From contig OZ241857.1 of the NCBI GenBank assembly GCA_965203315.1, positions 1,792,001 through 1,856,000 of the forward strand: a DNA stretch of 64,000 bases. Direction: 5' to 3'. The notes beneath the pieces are model-generated. The model saw only the letters and a program-made list of their open reading frames with translations, was not told where the DNA came from and did no database searches. Below are positions 1-10,296 of this stretch, one piece after another. The translations under genes and the position numbers were made by a program. The stretch is from Nitrosopumilus sp. GTDB taxonomy: Archaea; Thermoproteota; Nitrososphaeria; Nitrososphaerales; Nitrosopumilaceae. The first letter of the stretch is position 1. Each line of letters starts with the position of its first letter.

Positions 1-132
1 CAAAAGGCTAGATTGGTTATGCGCATCTGCTTTAACTGTGGGTGTAGAAACGACATTGATGCTACACGTTGTCGAAAGTGTAAGAATCCATACCTTCGAA
101 TCAAGAACCGTAATCTAGGCGTCAAAAAGTAG
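1..132 (+). CDS. rpl40e: 50S ribosomal protein L40e, 5'-truncated by window edge
   Basis: Frame 1 reads QKARLVMRICFNCGCRNDIDATRCRKCKNPYLRIKNRNLGVKK*, with the CxxC...RCRKC zinc ribbon of L40e; stop TAG at 130-132. Confidence 0.9.
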   Translation, partial: QKARLVMRICFNCGCRNDIDATRCRKCKNPYLRIKNRNLGVKK

Positions 133-375
133 CCTGTCTTTATACTGCTTTATTGCATATCTTATGCGATTCTGATATCTGCTCAGCTTTTCAGCATCTT
201 TGGGATCATCGATCTCTTCTAGTTCTAGTTGTAGATCCTCTGGCAGTTCTTCGTTTATCTGGTATAGTAGATTTGCTGCAGACTCGTACTGTCTCATGTT
301 TACTGCACCGTCGTATGCTGTAACCATACGTTCTAGTACTTCAAAATCTGGCATGTACTTTATCCTGTATTGCAA
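115..375 (-). CDS. Hypothetical acidic/helical protein (86 aa)
   Basis: Protein-like composition; co-oriented with 477-1145; overlaps rpl40e 3' end by 18 bp. Confidence 0.55.
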   Translation of the reverse strand: MQYRIKYMPDFEVLERMVTAYDGAVNMRQYESAANLLYQINEELPEDLQLELEEIDDPKDAEKLSRYQNRIRYAIKQYKDRLLFDA

Positions 376-476
376 TAAAAAAAGATTGTCGAGACTTTAT
401 CTAACTGCCGTATTGATCTATGCATATTGGCATTTCTTGTTTGTGTTAAATAAAATAGATGACAGTACGCGTCATC

Positions 477-1145
477 TTATTTTGCAACTAGATCGTCTTT
501 TATCTCTTCGATCAATAATGATGCTCTCTCTTTGGAGGTTGGTTTTGAGCCAGTATAACCTAATGCCTTGAGATATGCCAACTGTCTAGCAGTTGGCGGA
601 TCTGAGTCTGTATACTCTGTGTCTAGACGTTGCATCTGTTCTTCTGCACAGTTTTTGATCATACTATCGACCTCTAGTGCTGGGATGAGCTGTCGCATTG
701 CATTACGAACTGCTTTACCATGTGCCTTGGTTCGACCAAACTCATCATAATGTGTATACACTCTCTGTCCGGTACTCTTTTCATAATACCATGCCAAAAA
801 GGGTGACTCGGAGACTCCGATTACGACTGCTCCTGTCCCCGCATTTCTAACTGTTGCCTTACTGTACCATATCCATTGAGACTTGTCATCTGGATCGTGT
901 TTGATAAGTTCAATATTTGACTCTACTACCTCTAGTGGTTGACCGTTCTCTCCCATTCTCTGTGCGATCCATTGTATGCCTGTATATGATAACTCGCGGT
1001 TTCCTCTTTTGTTCACATACACTAGCGCTTGAATGAGTTCTTGTGACGCATTGACGATCTGGTTGCTATCTTCTTGTTCATATGCTTTGATATCAGATAT
1101 GTCTGTCAAATTATATCTCTTTGAACACATCTGTCTTTTAATCAT
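477..1145 (-). CDS. Putative single-strand annealing protein (Rad52/Sak/RecT-like), phage-like
   Basis: Motifs LSYTGIQWIA, SKATVRN..G..VIG and AHGKAVRNAMRQLIP resemble the SSAP core; C-terminal PPTARQLAYLKALG is typical of phage recombinase tails; family call is inference. Confidence 0.5.
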   Translation of the reverse strand: MIKRQMCSKRYNLTDISDIKAYEQEDSNQIVNASQELIQALVYVNKRGNRELSYTGIQWIAQRMGENGQPLEVVESNIELIKHDPDDKSQWIWYSKATVRNAGTGAVVIGVSESPFLAWYYEKSTGQRVYTHYDEFGRTKAHGKAVRNAMRQLIPALEVDSMIKNCAEEQMQRLDTEYTDSDPPTARQLAYLKALGYTGSKPTSKERASLLIEEIKDDLVAK

Positions 1146-1149
1146 CCAT

Positions 1150-1212
1150 CATATACTGTATATACGATATATACAATGTATACTATGGATACTACACATA
1201 TTATACATACTG
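1150..1212. repeat. Seven degenerate 9-bp tandem units (nnnATAC/TTn)
   Basis: catatactg tatatacga tatatacaa tgtatacta tggatacta cacatatta tacatactg, directly upstream of 477-1145. Confidence 0.6.
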
Positions 1213-1527
1213 TTATCAGTTGCTGGGAGCGATCATCTCTGTGTTGGTTATAACACCTCCTGAGCAGTATTGAACGGTCTAATCAAAGACTAGAAAATTT
1301 ACACTATTTAACATGTGCAGGTGTTGCAAATGTTCACAGGAAAAGGTAGGTAGAAGGTCTTTGTTCGTGGATCGGTTCTAGTGGTTCTAATAGCGGTGGT
1401 TTTGGTGAAATCTCTCCAATTAATGACTCAAAGGATCTAGTCATCTTGATGTAACTTGTCAACTCTATCTCGTAATAGTAATGTGATAGTCTACCGATTC
1501 CACACCTTGCTAGAACCTGCAAGATAC

Positions 1528-1553
1528 TTTTATAAGATACGGGGGGGGGGGGG
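1528..1553 (+). promoter_or_regulatory. TATA box (TTTTATAA, 1528-1535) followed by G13 tract (1541-1553)
   Basis: TATA begins 34 bp upstream of the TTG start at 1562; homopolymer lies between TATA and start. Confidence 0.7.
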
Positions 1554-1561
1554 AGTGCTTA

Positions 1562-4500
1562 TTGCTCAAGCGTCGTTTGATCTTTCTGATAGTCTTGTTA
1601 GCAGTTGTCCCATTTTTAATAGTCTATACGCCTGATGCATATGCGACCCCGCTGTACCTACCACCACCTAGTGGTTTTCCTACTTCTCTTACTACAAGTG
1701 AAGCTCCATACATGTCAGCTCAACTAGCTAGCGACAGTGGAACAATTGGTGCTACCAGCGCCAAACGATATCAGATAGACGGTAATCAAAACGTACCGGT
1801 CAAGGCAGGCGATATCTACATACAGGGTACTACAACGATAATATCCAATCCATTCTTTGTAGGAAAGGGTTACACATGTCCTTTTAATGTATTCTCACTC
1901 CCTACTGAACGCACTTTTCATGGAGGTGGTTTTGCTTATCCGACCAATGTACAGCCGACAGGTAATGCAACCAATCCCGCATCACTGACATTTCATGGAG
2001 ACTCTACTTGTGCAAACTGGTCTCCTACACATCCAATGATAACAGACAAAGAGATGCGAATCACTCTAGACAATAAAACAGGCAGTAAAGCTTGGTATGC
2101 ATCACCTCGTCAAAACATAACCGAAGCTCAGCCAATTCCTGCATGTACTGCCGATACCATAAATATCAGTACCGGTAAACTCAAGGGCAACACAAAGATG
2201 TGTTATGGTGTATACCAGGACGATCTGATCATCGTAACCAAGAGATTCTTGGGATACTATGGATCTGCGGATACAATTACGACACCACAGAATCCGGTAG
2301 ACCTTGATTCTGATGGATATTCAATTCCTTCAGGTACACTGTCCATACCACCACCTAGTGGTTTTCCTACTTCTCTTACTACAAGTGAAGCTCCATACAT
2401 GTCAGCTCAACTAGCTAGCGACAGTGGAACAATTGGTGCTACCAGCGCCAAACGATATCAGATAGACGGTAATCAAAACGTACCGGTCAAGGCAGGCGAT
2501 ATCTACATACAGGGTACTACAACGATAATATCCAATCCATTCTTTGTAGGAAAGGGTTACACATGTCCTTTTAATGTATTCTCACTCCCTACTGAACGCA
2601 CTTTTCATGGAGGTGGTTTTGCTTATCCGACCAATGTACAGCCGACAGGTAATGCAACCAATCCCGCATCACTGACATTTCATGGAGACTCTACTTGTGC
2701 AAACTGGTCTCCTACACATCCAATGATAACAGACAAAGAGATGCGAATCACTCTAGACAATAAAACAGGCAGTAAAGCTTGGTATGCATCACCTCGTCAA
2801 AACATAACCGAAGCTCAGCCAATTCCTGCATGTACTGCCGATACCATAAATATCAGTACCGGTAAACTCAAGGGCAACACAAAGATGTGTTATGGTGTAT
2901 ACCAGGACGATCTGATCATCGTAACCAAGAGATTCTTGGGATACTATGGATCTGCGGATACAATTACGACACCACAGAATCCGGTAGACCTTGATTCTGA
3001 TGGATATTCAATTCCTTCAGGTACACTGTCCATACCACCACCTAGTGGTTTTCCTACTTCTCTTACTACAAGTGAAGCTCCATACATGTCAGCTCAACTA
3101 GCTAGCGACAGTGGAACAATTGGTGCTACCAGCGCCAAACGATATCAGATAGACGGTAATCAAAACGTACCGGTCAAGGCAGGCGATATCTACATACAGG
3201 GTACTACAACGATAATATCCAATCCATTCTTTGTAGGAAAGGGTTACACATGTCCTTTTAATGTATTCTCACTCCCTACTGAACGCACTTTTCATGGAGG
3301 TGGTTTTGCTTATCCGACCAATGTACAGCCGACAGGTAATGCAACCAATCCCGCATCACTGACATTTCATGGAGACTCTACTTGTGCAAACTGGTCTCCT
3401 ACACATCCAATGATAACAGACAAAGAGATGCGAATCACTCTAGACAATAAAACAGGCAGTAAAGCTTGGTATGCATCACCTCGTCAAAACATAACCGAAG
3501 CTCAGCCAATTCCTGCATGTACTGCCGATACCATAAATATCAGTACCGGTAAACTCAAGGGCAACACAAAGATGTGTTATGGTGTATACCAGGACGATCT
3601 GATCATCGTAACCAAGAGATTCTTGGGATACTATGGATCTGCGGATACAATTACGACACCACAGAATCCGGTAGACCTTGATTCTGATGGATATTCAATT
3701 CCTTCAGGTACACTGTCCATACCACCACCTAGTGGTTTTCCTACTTCTCTTACTACAAGTGAAGCTCCATACATGTCAGCTCAACTAGCTAGCGACAGTG
3801 GAACAATTGGTGCTACCAGCGCCAAACGATATCAGATAGACGGTAATCAAAACGTACCGGTCAAGGCAGGCGATATCTACATACAGGGTACTACAACGAT
3901 AATATCCAATCCATTCTTTGTAGGAAAGGGTTACACATGTCCTTTTAATGTATTCTCACTCCCTACTGAACGCACTTTTCATGGAGGTGGTTTTGCTTAT
4001 CCGACCAATGTACAGCCGACAGGTAATGCAACCAATCCCGCATCACTGACATTTCATGGAGACTCTACTTGTGCAAACTGGTCTCCTACACATCCAATGA
4101 TAACAGACAAAGAGATGCGAATCACTCTAGACAATAAAACAGGCAGTAAAGCTTGGTATGCATCACCTCGTCAAAACATAACCGAAGCTCAGCCAATTCC
4201 TGCATGTACTGCCGATACCATAAATATCAGTACCGGTAAACTCAAGGGCAACACAAAGATGTGTTATGGTGTATACCAGGACGATCTGATCATCGTAACC
4301 AAGAGATTCTTGGGATACTATGGATCTGCGGATACAATTACGACACCACAGAATCCGGTAGACCTTGATTCTGATGGATATTCAATTCCTTCAGGTACAC
4401 TGTCCATACCACCACCTAGTGGTTTTCCTCCTACACTTACTACAAGTGATGTTCCATACCTGACAACTAGTCTTAATATCGACACTGGAACACTTGGTAC

Positions 4501-7500
4501 AAGTGCAAAGAGATATCAGATAGATGGTACCCAACCTGGTTCACCGGTCAAGGCAGGTGATATCCATATACAAGGTACGACAACAATACTCTCAAATCCG
4601 GTACTCTTTGATCTCTCAACAACATGTGCTTTTAATATCGTATCACTTCCTGCTCTAAGTACTGCTTTTCCAACCAATGTACAACCAGCAGGTAATGCAA
4701 CCAATCCGGCATCGATTGCATTTAGTGGACAATCTTCTTGTGCAAGCTTGTCTCCTACACATCCAATGATAACAGACAAAGAGATGCGAATTACTCTGAC
4801 CAATAAAACAGGCAGTAAAGCTTGGTATGCATCACCTCGTCAAAACATAACCGAAGCTCAGCCGATCCCTGCGTGTACTGCCGATACCATAAATGTCAGT
4901 ACCGGTAAACTCAAGGGCAACACAAAGATGTGTTATGGTGTATATGACGGTGAACTGATCATCATAACCAAGAGATTCTTTGGACAATATGGATCTGCTG
5001 ACACCATTACACCACCACAGAATCCAGTTGATCTCGATTCAGACAAGCCCACATCTGCGACCCCTGTACCTACGACCCCTCCGCCCACACCCGGACAGAC
5101 CCTGACGATAACCATACCTGTACCCAATGATGGTAACATTACCAGTGCGCCCCTCAGTCTCGACCACAATACGCCCAACAAGGCACGATTCATCAATAAT
5201 GAAGTTTCACCAGGATCTGGCACTAGGTATCATGATTTAATTGATGGACAATTAGGCAACATTACGATTCATTACAACACAAATATCACTAGCCAAACGT
5301 TTACTGTACCCTCAAATCCTGTTAATTACTGTTATACTGCCCAGGCAAAGGTGGGGCAATTCACATTCTCTGTGCCAAAGATAAACTCCTATATCGTCCT
5401 AGTATACCTAGATATCTCAAAAAACACTGAACAACGCTGTAGTGATGCTCCTGACATATCATTTAACGGTAAATTAACGCTAGACAAAGAGGTCTACATA
5501 AAACTGACTGGGACAGACGGACAAAATATCTTTTATCATGTGAGCGGTACAGATACGCCAGTAGAGATACCAAAGTGTACCAGTACCAACTTTGATTCTA
5601 CAGACAATACACTAAAGGGCAATACAGAGGTATGTTACGGCAAAGACGGTGCAGATACTGTCATCGTATCCAAGATACTTGCACGCTTTGGAGCCACAAC
5701 GGAGTCTATTCCAAAGTCTAGTACACCAGATCCAAGCAGCCAAGAACTGTTGACCATACCGCCAAAGACCAACTCTACAGTTGACGGTGCAGTACAATTT
5801 AACTCGGACAAATTTAATAGCGGCAAGATATTCTATAGTGGCTCCGATATGAGATTTCTGGACAAGCCAAACCCTACAGGTGATATCTATATAGAATCAA
5901 ATACTGAAACACTCCCGAACTCTCTATTTGTGATTACTGATGATTACGCATGTGATGCAACACTTGATCCTATTAAAAGTCTCAAGAAAAAACAGGTTCC
6001 AAATTTTGCCATACCAGACAATATATCTCCTAAACAAAAGAATAAACTATTTGGATTCGGTCTAGACTTTGAAGCTCCATGTTCCACACCAAGTCCAGAA
6101 ACTCCATCTAACCAAACCATATTCACCGACAAAGAGATGCGAGTTACTCTATACGGCAAGGCAGACAAAAAGCCCTACTATTTCTCACCACGTGACGGAA
6201 TACTAGAAGCACAACCCATACCCGCATGTACCAGTGATATCATCCACACAAGCAACTATACTTTACGAGGCGACAATACCATCTGTTATGGTAAACACGG
6301 AGATGATCTAGTCATTATAACAAAACGATTGGCTGGATTTTATGGTGCGGCCAACAAAGTCACCACACCTACAAATCCGGTAAACCTCAATGCAGATCCT
6401 CCATATCCCTCTCCCAAGGTACCTCGTGAGACCGATCTTTTACGACTGTCACCTCCTGCAAACTTTCCTGCACTGAATACAGATGGCAGATCTCTGTCGG
6501 TGACATCTGATCCGACTACTGCTCCTGGCGCATACTTGGCAGGCAATGATCGTGAGCGATACACTGGTCATCAAAACACTAGAATAGGCGACATGCATAT
6601 AAAAAACGATACAAAGATACTCCCCAACGAGTTTCCAGAGACGAGTACGTGTAGAGCTCAATTCAGAACCGTCAACGTTCTGATTGCCGATGACAATTAT
6701 GGAAATCTCACTCTTAAAGTACCTGCCAATCTAGTAGCAGACTCGGGTTCGTTTGGACCAAACTTTCTTGCAAGCGATACATGTAAGATTGATCTTACCA
6801 AAAACTCTGCCAAACCTCTCCTAACAGACAAAGAGTTGTGGTTTACTCTATACAACAAGGTAAATGAACACCCATACTATTTCTCGCCTCGTGAAAACAT
6901 AACAGATGCTCAACCAATTCCTGCGTGTACAACCGAGACACTTGACAAAAGCGACAATACCCTCAAGGGTGATACTATTATGTGCTTTGCTAAACATACC
7001 AACGACAACGATATCGTCATTATAACAAAACGGCTTAGTGGATTTTATGGAGCAGCTGCTCTGATACTCGAACCTGCAACTCGTGCAACACTCAATCCAG
7101 TTACACCCAGCACACCAGTCCCACCTAGCGGCACAGTTCCAGTTACTGTACCTGTTACTGTACCTGTTACTATTGAGACAGCTTTTCCACTAGTTACTGA
7201 CCCCAAGTCTCACACACGTATGGATATACCAATAAGATCACTGGGTGCAGATGTTGGTGGTCTCTTAACTGAGAACGGCACCTTTAGACACGGATACTTG
7301 GATCTAGGTGATTCTGGCATCGAGTCGGGCTATACCGGACCCATACATGTTGGTTACGTTTACCTTCCACCAAACACAAAACTAGGTCCAAATCCGTCAT
7401 TTGCAGCTGTTGGCAAGAACACTTTTGACGCAAATCTCTTACCTACCTATATTAAACAAACCTTATTCACTGATTCCAACACGTTAGGTGTACCCGCATT

Positions 7501-8797
7501 TGGATTCTTTTACGAGCCGGGAGCCGATTATCTCGAATCTGATGACAAGGCTACAATGTTCAAACCGCACGAAACCAACTCTACTATACGTGTCGTACTG
7601 TACAACCAGACCGGCAAGGCTGGATTCTCTTACTATCCATTAGGACCAGCAAAGACGTTTACACCAGATTTCATGTCAAAATGTACTGCATCTAACTTTG
7701 ACTTTACTACTCTATTACTAAAAGGCGACACCAAAGACTGCTATTATGACAACAATCGTGACATAATCATATTTACAAAGATACTAGAGTGGTATGGTGC
7801 TGGAGATGCCCCCAGTAAATCTATGAATAAAACGACTAAATCGGATAAAAGCGATACTTTTCTGTCCCTTGCACCAACATTTGGCAGATCACAATTCACG
7901 GGTGAACAGTTGGTAACCTGTGGCTATAAAATGGACGACACTTGCCGTGATGTTACTGCATACCATGTCCGGTACGAACGAGATACAATCCAGACAAACA
8001 CAACACACACATTTGCTCTCAAGGCACATGCGCCAAATCTGTTAAACAATGTAATGCTGGCATTCAGTGTACCTACAGTTGGTGCTCCACTGAGTGCAGC
8101 AGAAGCATACATTTCCGTAAATCTTGGAATAAACTATAGCGAACCATCATACCATTACATCACAGATGTTATTATACATGACCCAAACAATATCATCGAC
8201 TATGATATACAAGGTACAACCGTATCCAAGGTATCTTGTTCTGGCGGTACACTAGAGTGTATCCAAGTAATCCTCCCAGATGTACTATTCCGTGATGTAA
8301 TGAATCACGAACCGTTTGCAATACAAGTAACAGACACGTTATCACTGAACGCAATAAACTACATGAACGAAGGCGTCTTTGTTGAAGGTACATCACTAAA
8401 CGCACCACCGACTGTACGACCAGGACTAACACTATCTGGTGACGATGGTAGACCGATAAACTTGGTACTGGTCCGTACAGACAAGGTCTCTGATCTGTGG
8501 GCTGATGCATTTGGAAACACGTGGAGTCGCAACTCGTTTGGCAACTTTGTCATTGTACAATATGCACCATACGCAGGTACCACTCCAGTGTGTACAGACA
8601 TCAATGACAGAATCTGTCCGCCATTCAAGGTCAAACTCGACTGGCACAATCAAAAGATGATAGAACTACGTGACTCGCTATACAATGCATACAAGACAGA
8701 ACCGTACGCAGAGATCGACAATATATTCACATACGAGTTTGGTGACATGGACTCTCGCACTAGAACACTGATGAATCTGGGCTGGCTGACTGAATAG
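1562..8797 (+). CDS. Giant secreted/surface repeat protein (2411 aa) with ~9 copies of a Cys-containing module and a thaumarchaeal-type C-terminal domain
   Basis: Signal peptide MLKRRLIFLIVLLAVVPFLIVYTPDAYA; recurring DKE.R.TL...P.C..........KG.T..C....D..I.TK module; P/T-rich linkers. Confidence 0.85.
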   Translation: MLKRRLIFLIVLLAVVPFLIVYTPDAYATPLYLPPPSGFPTSLTTSEAPYMSAQLASDSGTIGATSAKRYQIDGNQNVPVKAGDIYIQGTTTIISNPFFVGKGYTCPFNVFSLPTERTFHGGGFAYPTNVQPTGNATNPASLTFHGDSTCANWSPTHPMITDKEMRITLDNKTGSKAWYASPRQNITEAQPIPACTADTINISTGKLKGNTKMCYGVYQDDLIIVTKRFLGYYGSADTITTPQNPVDLDSDGYSIPSGTLSIPPPSGFPTSLTTSEAPYMSAQLASDSGTIGATSAKRYQIDGNQNVPVKAGDIYIQGTTTIISNPFFVGKGYTCPFNVFSLPTERTFHGGGFAYPTNVQPTGNATNPASLTFHGDSTCANWSPTHPMITDKEMRITLDNKTGSKAWYASPRQNITEAQPIPACTADTINISTGKLKGNTKMCYGVYQDDLIIVTKRFLGYYGSADTITTPQNPVDLDSDGYSIPSGTLSIPPPSGFPTSLTTSEAPYMSAQLASDSGTIGATSAKRYQIDGNQNVPVKAGDIYIQGTTTIISNPFFVGKGYTCPFNVFSLPTERTFHGGGFAYPTNVQPTGNATNPASLTFHGDSTCANWSPTHPMITDKEMRITLDNKTGSKAWYASPRQNITEAQPIPACTADTINISTGKLKGNTKMCYGVYQDDLIIVTKRFLGYYGSADTITTPQNPVDLDSDGYSIPSGTLSIPPPSGFPTSLTTSEAPYMSAQLASDSGTIGATSAKRYQIDGNQNVPVKAGDIYIQGTTTIISNPFFVGKGYTCPFNVFSLPTERTFHGGGFAYPTNVQPTGNATNPASLTFHGDSTCANWSPTHPMITDKEMRITLDNKTGSKAWYASPRQNITEAQPIPACTADTINISTGKLKGNTKMCYGVYQDDLIIVTKRFLGYYGSADTITTPQNPVDLDSDGYSIPSGTLSIPPPSGFPPTLTTSDVPYLTTSLNIDTGTLGTSAKRYQIDGTQPGSPVKAGDIHIQGTTTILSNPVLFDLSTTCAFNIVSLPALSTAFPTNVQPAGNATNPASIAFSGQSSCASLSPTHPMITDKEMRITLTNKTGSKAWYASPRQNITEAQPIPACTADTINVSTGKLKGNTKMCYGVYDGELIIITKRFFGQYGSADTITPPQNPVDLDSDKPTSATPVPTTPPPTPGQTLTITIPVPNDGNITSAPLSLDHNTPNKARFINNEVSPGSGTRYHDLIDGQLGNITIHYNTNITSQTFTVPSNPVNYCYTAQAKVGQFTFSVPKINSYIVLVYLDISKNTEQRCSDAPDISFNGKLTLDKEVYIKLTGTDGQNIFYHVSGTDTPVEIPKCTSTNFDSTDNTLKGNTEVCYGKDGADTVIVSKILARFGATTESIPKSSTPDPSSQELLTIPPKTNSTVDGAVQFNSDKFNSGKIFYSGSDMRFLDKPNPTGDIYIESNTETLPNSLFVITDDYACDATLDPIKSLKKKQVPNFAIPDNISPKQKNKLFGFGLDFEAPCSTPSPETPSNQTIFTDKEMRVTLYGKADKKPYYFSPRDGILEAQPIPACTSDIIHTSNYTLRGDNTICYGKHGDDLVIITKRLAGFYGAANKVTTPTNPVNLNADPPYPSPKVPRETDLLRLSPPANFPALNTDGRSLSVTSDPTTAPGAYLAGNDRERYTGHQNTRIGDMHIKNDTKILPNEFPETSTCRAQFRTVNVLIADDNYGNLTLKVPANLVADSGSFGPNFLASDTCKIDLTKNSAKPLLTDKELWFTLYNKVNEHPYYFSPRENITDAQPIPACTTETLDKSDNTLKGDTIMCFAKHTNDNDIVIITKRLSGFYGAAALILEPATRATLNPVTPSTPVPPSGTVPVTVPVTVPVTIETAFPLVTDPKSHTRMDIPIRSLGADVGGLLTENGTFRHGYLDLGDSGIESGYTGPIHVGYVYLPPNTKLGPNPSFAAVGKNTFDANLLPTYIKQTLFTDSNTLGVPAFGFFYEPGADYLESDDKATMFKPHETNSTIRVVLYNQTGKAGFSYYPLGPAKTFTPDFMSKCTASNFDFTTLLLKGDTKDCYYDNNRDIIIFTKILEWYGAGDAPSKSMNKTTKSDKSDTFLSLAPTFGRSQFTGEQLVTCGYKMDDTCRDVTAYHVRYERDTIQTNTTHTFALKAHAPNLLNNVMLAFSVPTVGAPLSAAEAYISVNLGINYSEPSYHYITDVIIHDPNNIIDYDIQGTTVSKVSCSGGTLECIQVILPDVLFRDVMNHEPFAIQVTDTLSLNAINYMNEGVFVEGTSLNAPPTVRPGLTLSGDDGRPINLVLVRTDKVSDLWADAFGNTWSRNSFGNFVIVQYAPYAGTTPVCTDINDRICPPFKVKLDWHNQKMIELRDSLYNAYKTEPYAEIDNIFTYEFGDMDSRTRTLMNLGWLTE
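1661..4408 (+). repeat. Four identical in-frame 687-bp (229 aa) tandem repeats; a fifth diverged copy follows (4409-~5040)
   Basis: ccaccacctagtggttttcc starts at 1661, 2348, 3035, 3722 and 4409 (period 687). Confidence 0.95.
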
Positions 8798-8804
8798 ACT
8801 AAAG

Positions 8805-8979
8805 GTTCTATTCAATTGATGGGGGTTGGCATTTTCTGCACAAAATTCTCGAAAAATTTTATAAAATATGGAAACGGCCTCATATCTGCTATCGTAAATC
8901 GCTGCTGTTTTGAGTCACACACTGTGTGTCTTTTGAGATAACGTCATCACGATCTCAACTGCCGTCAATTGAACAGAAC
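8805..8979. mobile_element. MITE family A, copy 1 (~175 bp)
   Basis: TIRs gttctattcaattga / tcaattgaacagaac (1 mismatch); reverse-complement homolog at 18593-18769. Confidence 0.8.
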
Positions 8980-9014
8980 TGTTTATTAAAAAACGATGTG
9001 TGCCAACACATTTA

Positions 9015-9272
9015 GGATCTTTTCGATTTACCTGAGACTATGTGCGTATTATTAAGAGTACCCATGCCCAATCATCAAACATGGTAACAATGAATCAATC
9101 TGTCTCTAGAAATTACACTTGTGTTTTATTGTATCTTAAAACGTGAGTATGATGTAAGAAATACGCATATGGTCTCTGGAATGAATGGTTACAAAAAAAG
9201 CACTATGCGATTACATAACAAAATTACAGAAAAACCTTGCGAAACTTGATCCCACGTAAATCGAAGAGATCC
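9015..9272. mobile_element. MITE family B, copy 1 (~258 bp)
   Basis: TIRs ggatcttttcgatttac / gtaaatcgaagagatcc; right end homologous to 28586-28663. Confidence 0.7.
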
Positions 9273-9333
9273 ATCTATAAAATTGAGTACGCAGTTCTGA
9301 CCATCACGAAATTCAACTCGATTACATAAATTA

Positions 9334-10296
9334 ATGGGTGATTGGGAATGTTTGATGGTGTCTTGTATACAAGCTAGTCATATATCAAAGACATATGGCT
9401 CATTGCTGGCAGTCGATGATCTAAACCTCTTGGTTAAACCTGGTCAAGTCTTTGGATTCTTGGGTCCAAACGGCGCTGGTAAATCTACTACGATCAAACT
9501 ACTCACCACACTTGTGCCTCCAACTAGCGGTTCGCTTGAGATTTTAGGCATTGATGCCATCAATAATCCACTTGATGTTCGTCACAAGATCGGAGTCGTG
9601 TTACAACAACCTAGCTACGAGCCAACTCTCTCTGTTGAAAAAGCTCTCAACAAATATGGTATCATGTGGAATGTACCCAAGGAACAACGTCAACAGCGAC
9701 TCGAACAGTTATTGATCGATTTTGATCTAGTTGAGATACGTAAGAAACGAAACGAAGATCTCTCTATAGGCCAACGTAGACGTGTCCAAGTTGCACGTGA
9801 GTTTATGCATGATATGGATCTCTTGTTTCTGGATGAACCCACTGTGGGACTTGATCCTAATGCTAGACGAAATCTTCTCGATTATCTAAAGAACAAGGTC
9901 CGCTCTGGACTATCTATCTTTTATACAACACACATACTAACTGAAGCCGAATACATGTGTGACGAGATTGCAATAATTGACAAGGGGAGACTCTTGACAG
10001 TCAATACGCCTGATGCATTAAAGTCCAAGTTTGGCAAAGAGAAGACAATAAAGATTCATCTGGTTTCTAGACCCCGTGGTATTGTTGAGCTGTTGTCTAG
10101 TATATCTGATTGCACAGTTGACCCTGACGATGAGACTGAACTAGTTATAAGATCAAACCAGTCAGAGATGGTTCTACTTCAAACTTTGCAGATATTAAAT
10201 GAACATAAAATTGAGATCGAAGATCTCTCTGCCGTACCTACAAACCTAGAAGATGTATTTCTAAAGATGGTGAGGAATAACGCATCCAATAATTAG
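9334..10296 (+). CDS. ABC transporter ATP-binding protein (DrrA-like); start may be 9355
   Basis: Walker A GPNGAGKST, signature LSIGQRRR, Walker B LLFLDEPT, H-loop TTH. Confidence 0.95.
   Translation: MGDWECLMVSCIQASHISKTYGSLLAVDDLNLLVKPGQVFGFLGPNGAGKSTTIKLLTTLVPPTSGSLEILGIDAINNPLDVRHKIGVVLQQPSYEPTLSVEKALNKYGIMWNVPKEQRQQRLEQLLIDFDLVEIRKKRNEDLSIGQRRRVQVAREFMHDMDLLFLDEPTVGLDPNARRNLLDYLKNKVRSGLSIFYTTHILTEAEYMCDEIAIIDKGRLLTVNTPDALKSKFGKEKTIKIHLVSRPRGIVELLSSISDCTVDPDDETELVIRSNQSEMVLLQTLQILNEHKIEIEDLSAVPTNLEDVFLKMVRNNASNN

Noticed and set aside
1272-1286. 14/15 inverted match to 53023-53037
   Set aside because: Does not extend and is expected by chance in 64 kb
1661-4408. Long tandem array as CRISPR or non-coding satellite
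   Set aside because: Units are 687 bp, contiguous, in-frame coding and have no spacers; no CRISPR array or cas gene seen in the window
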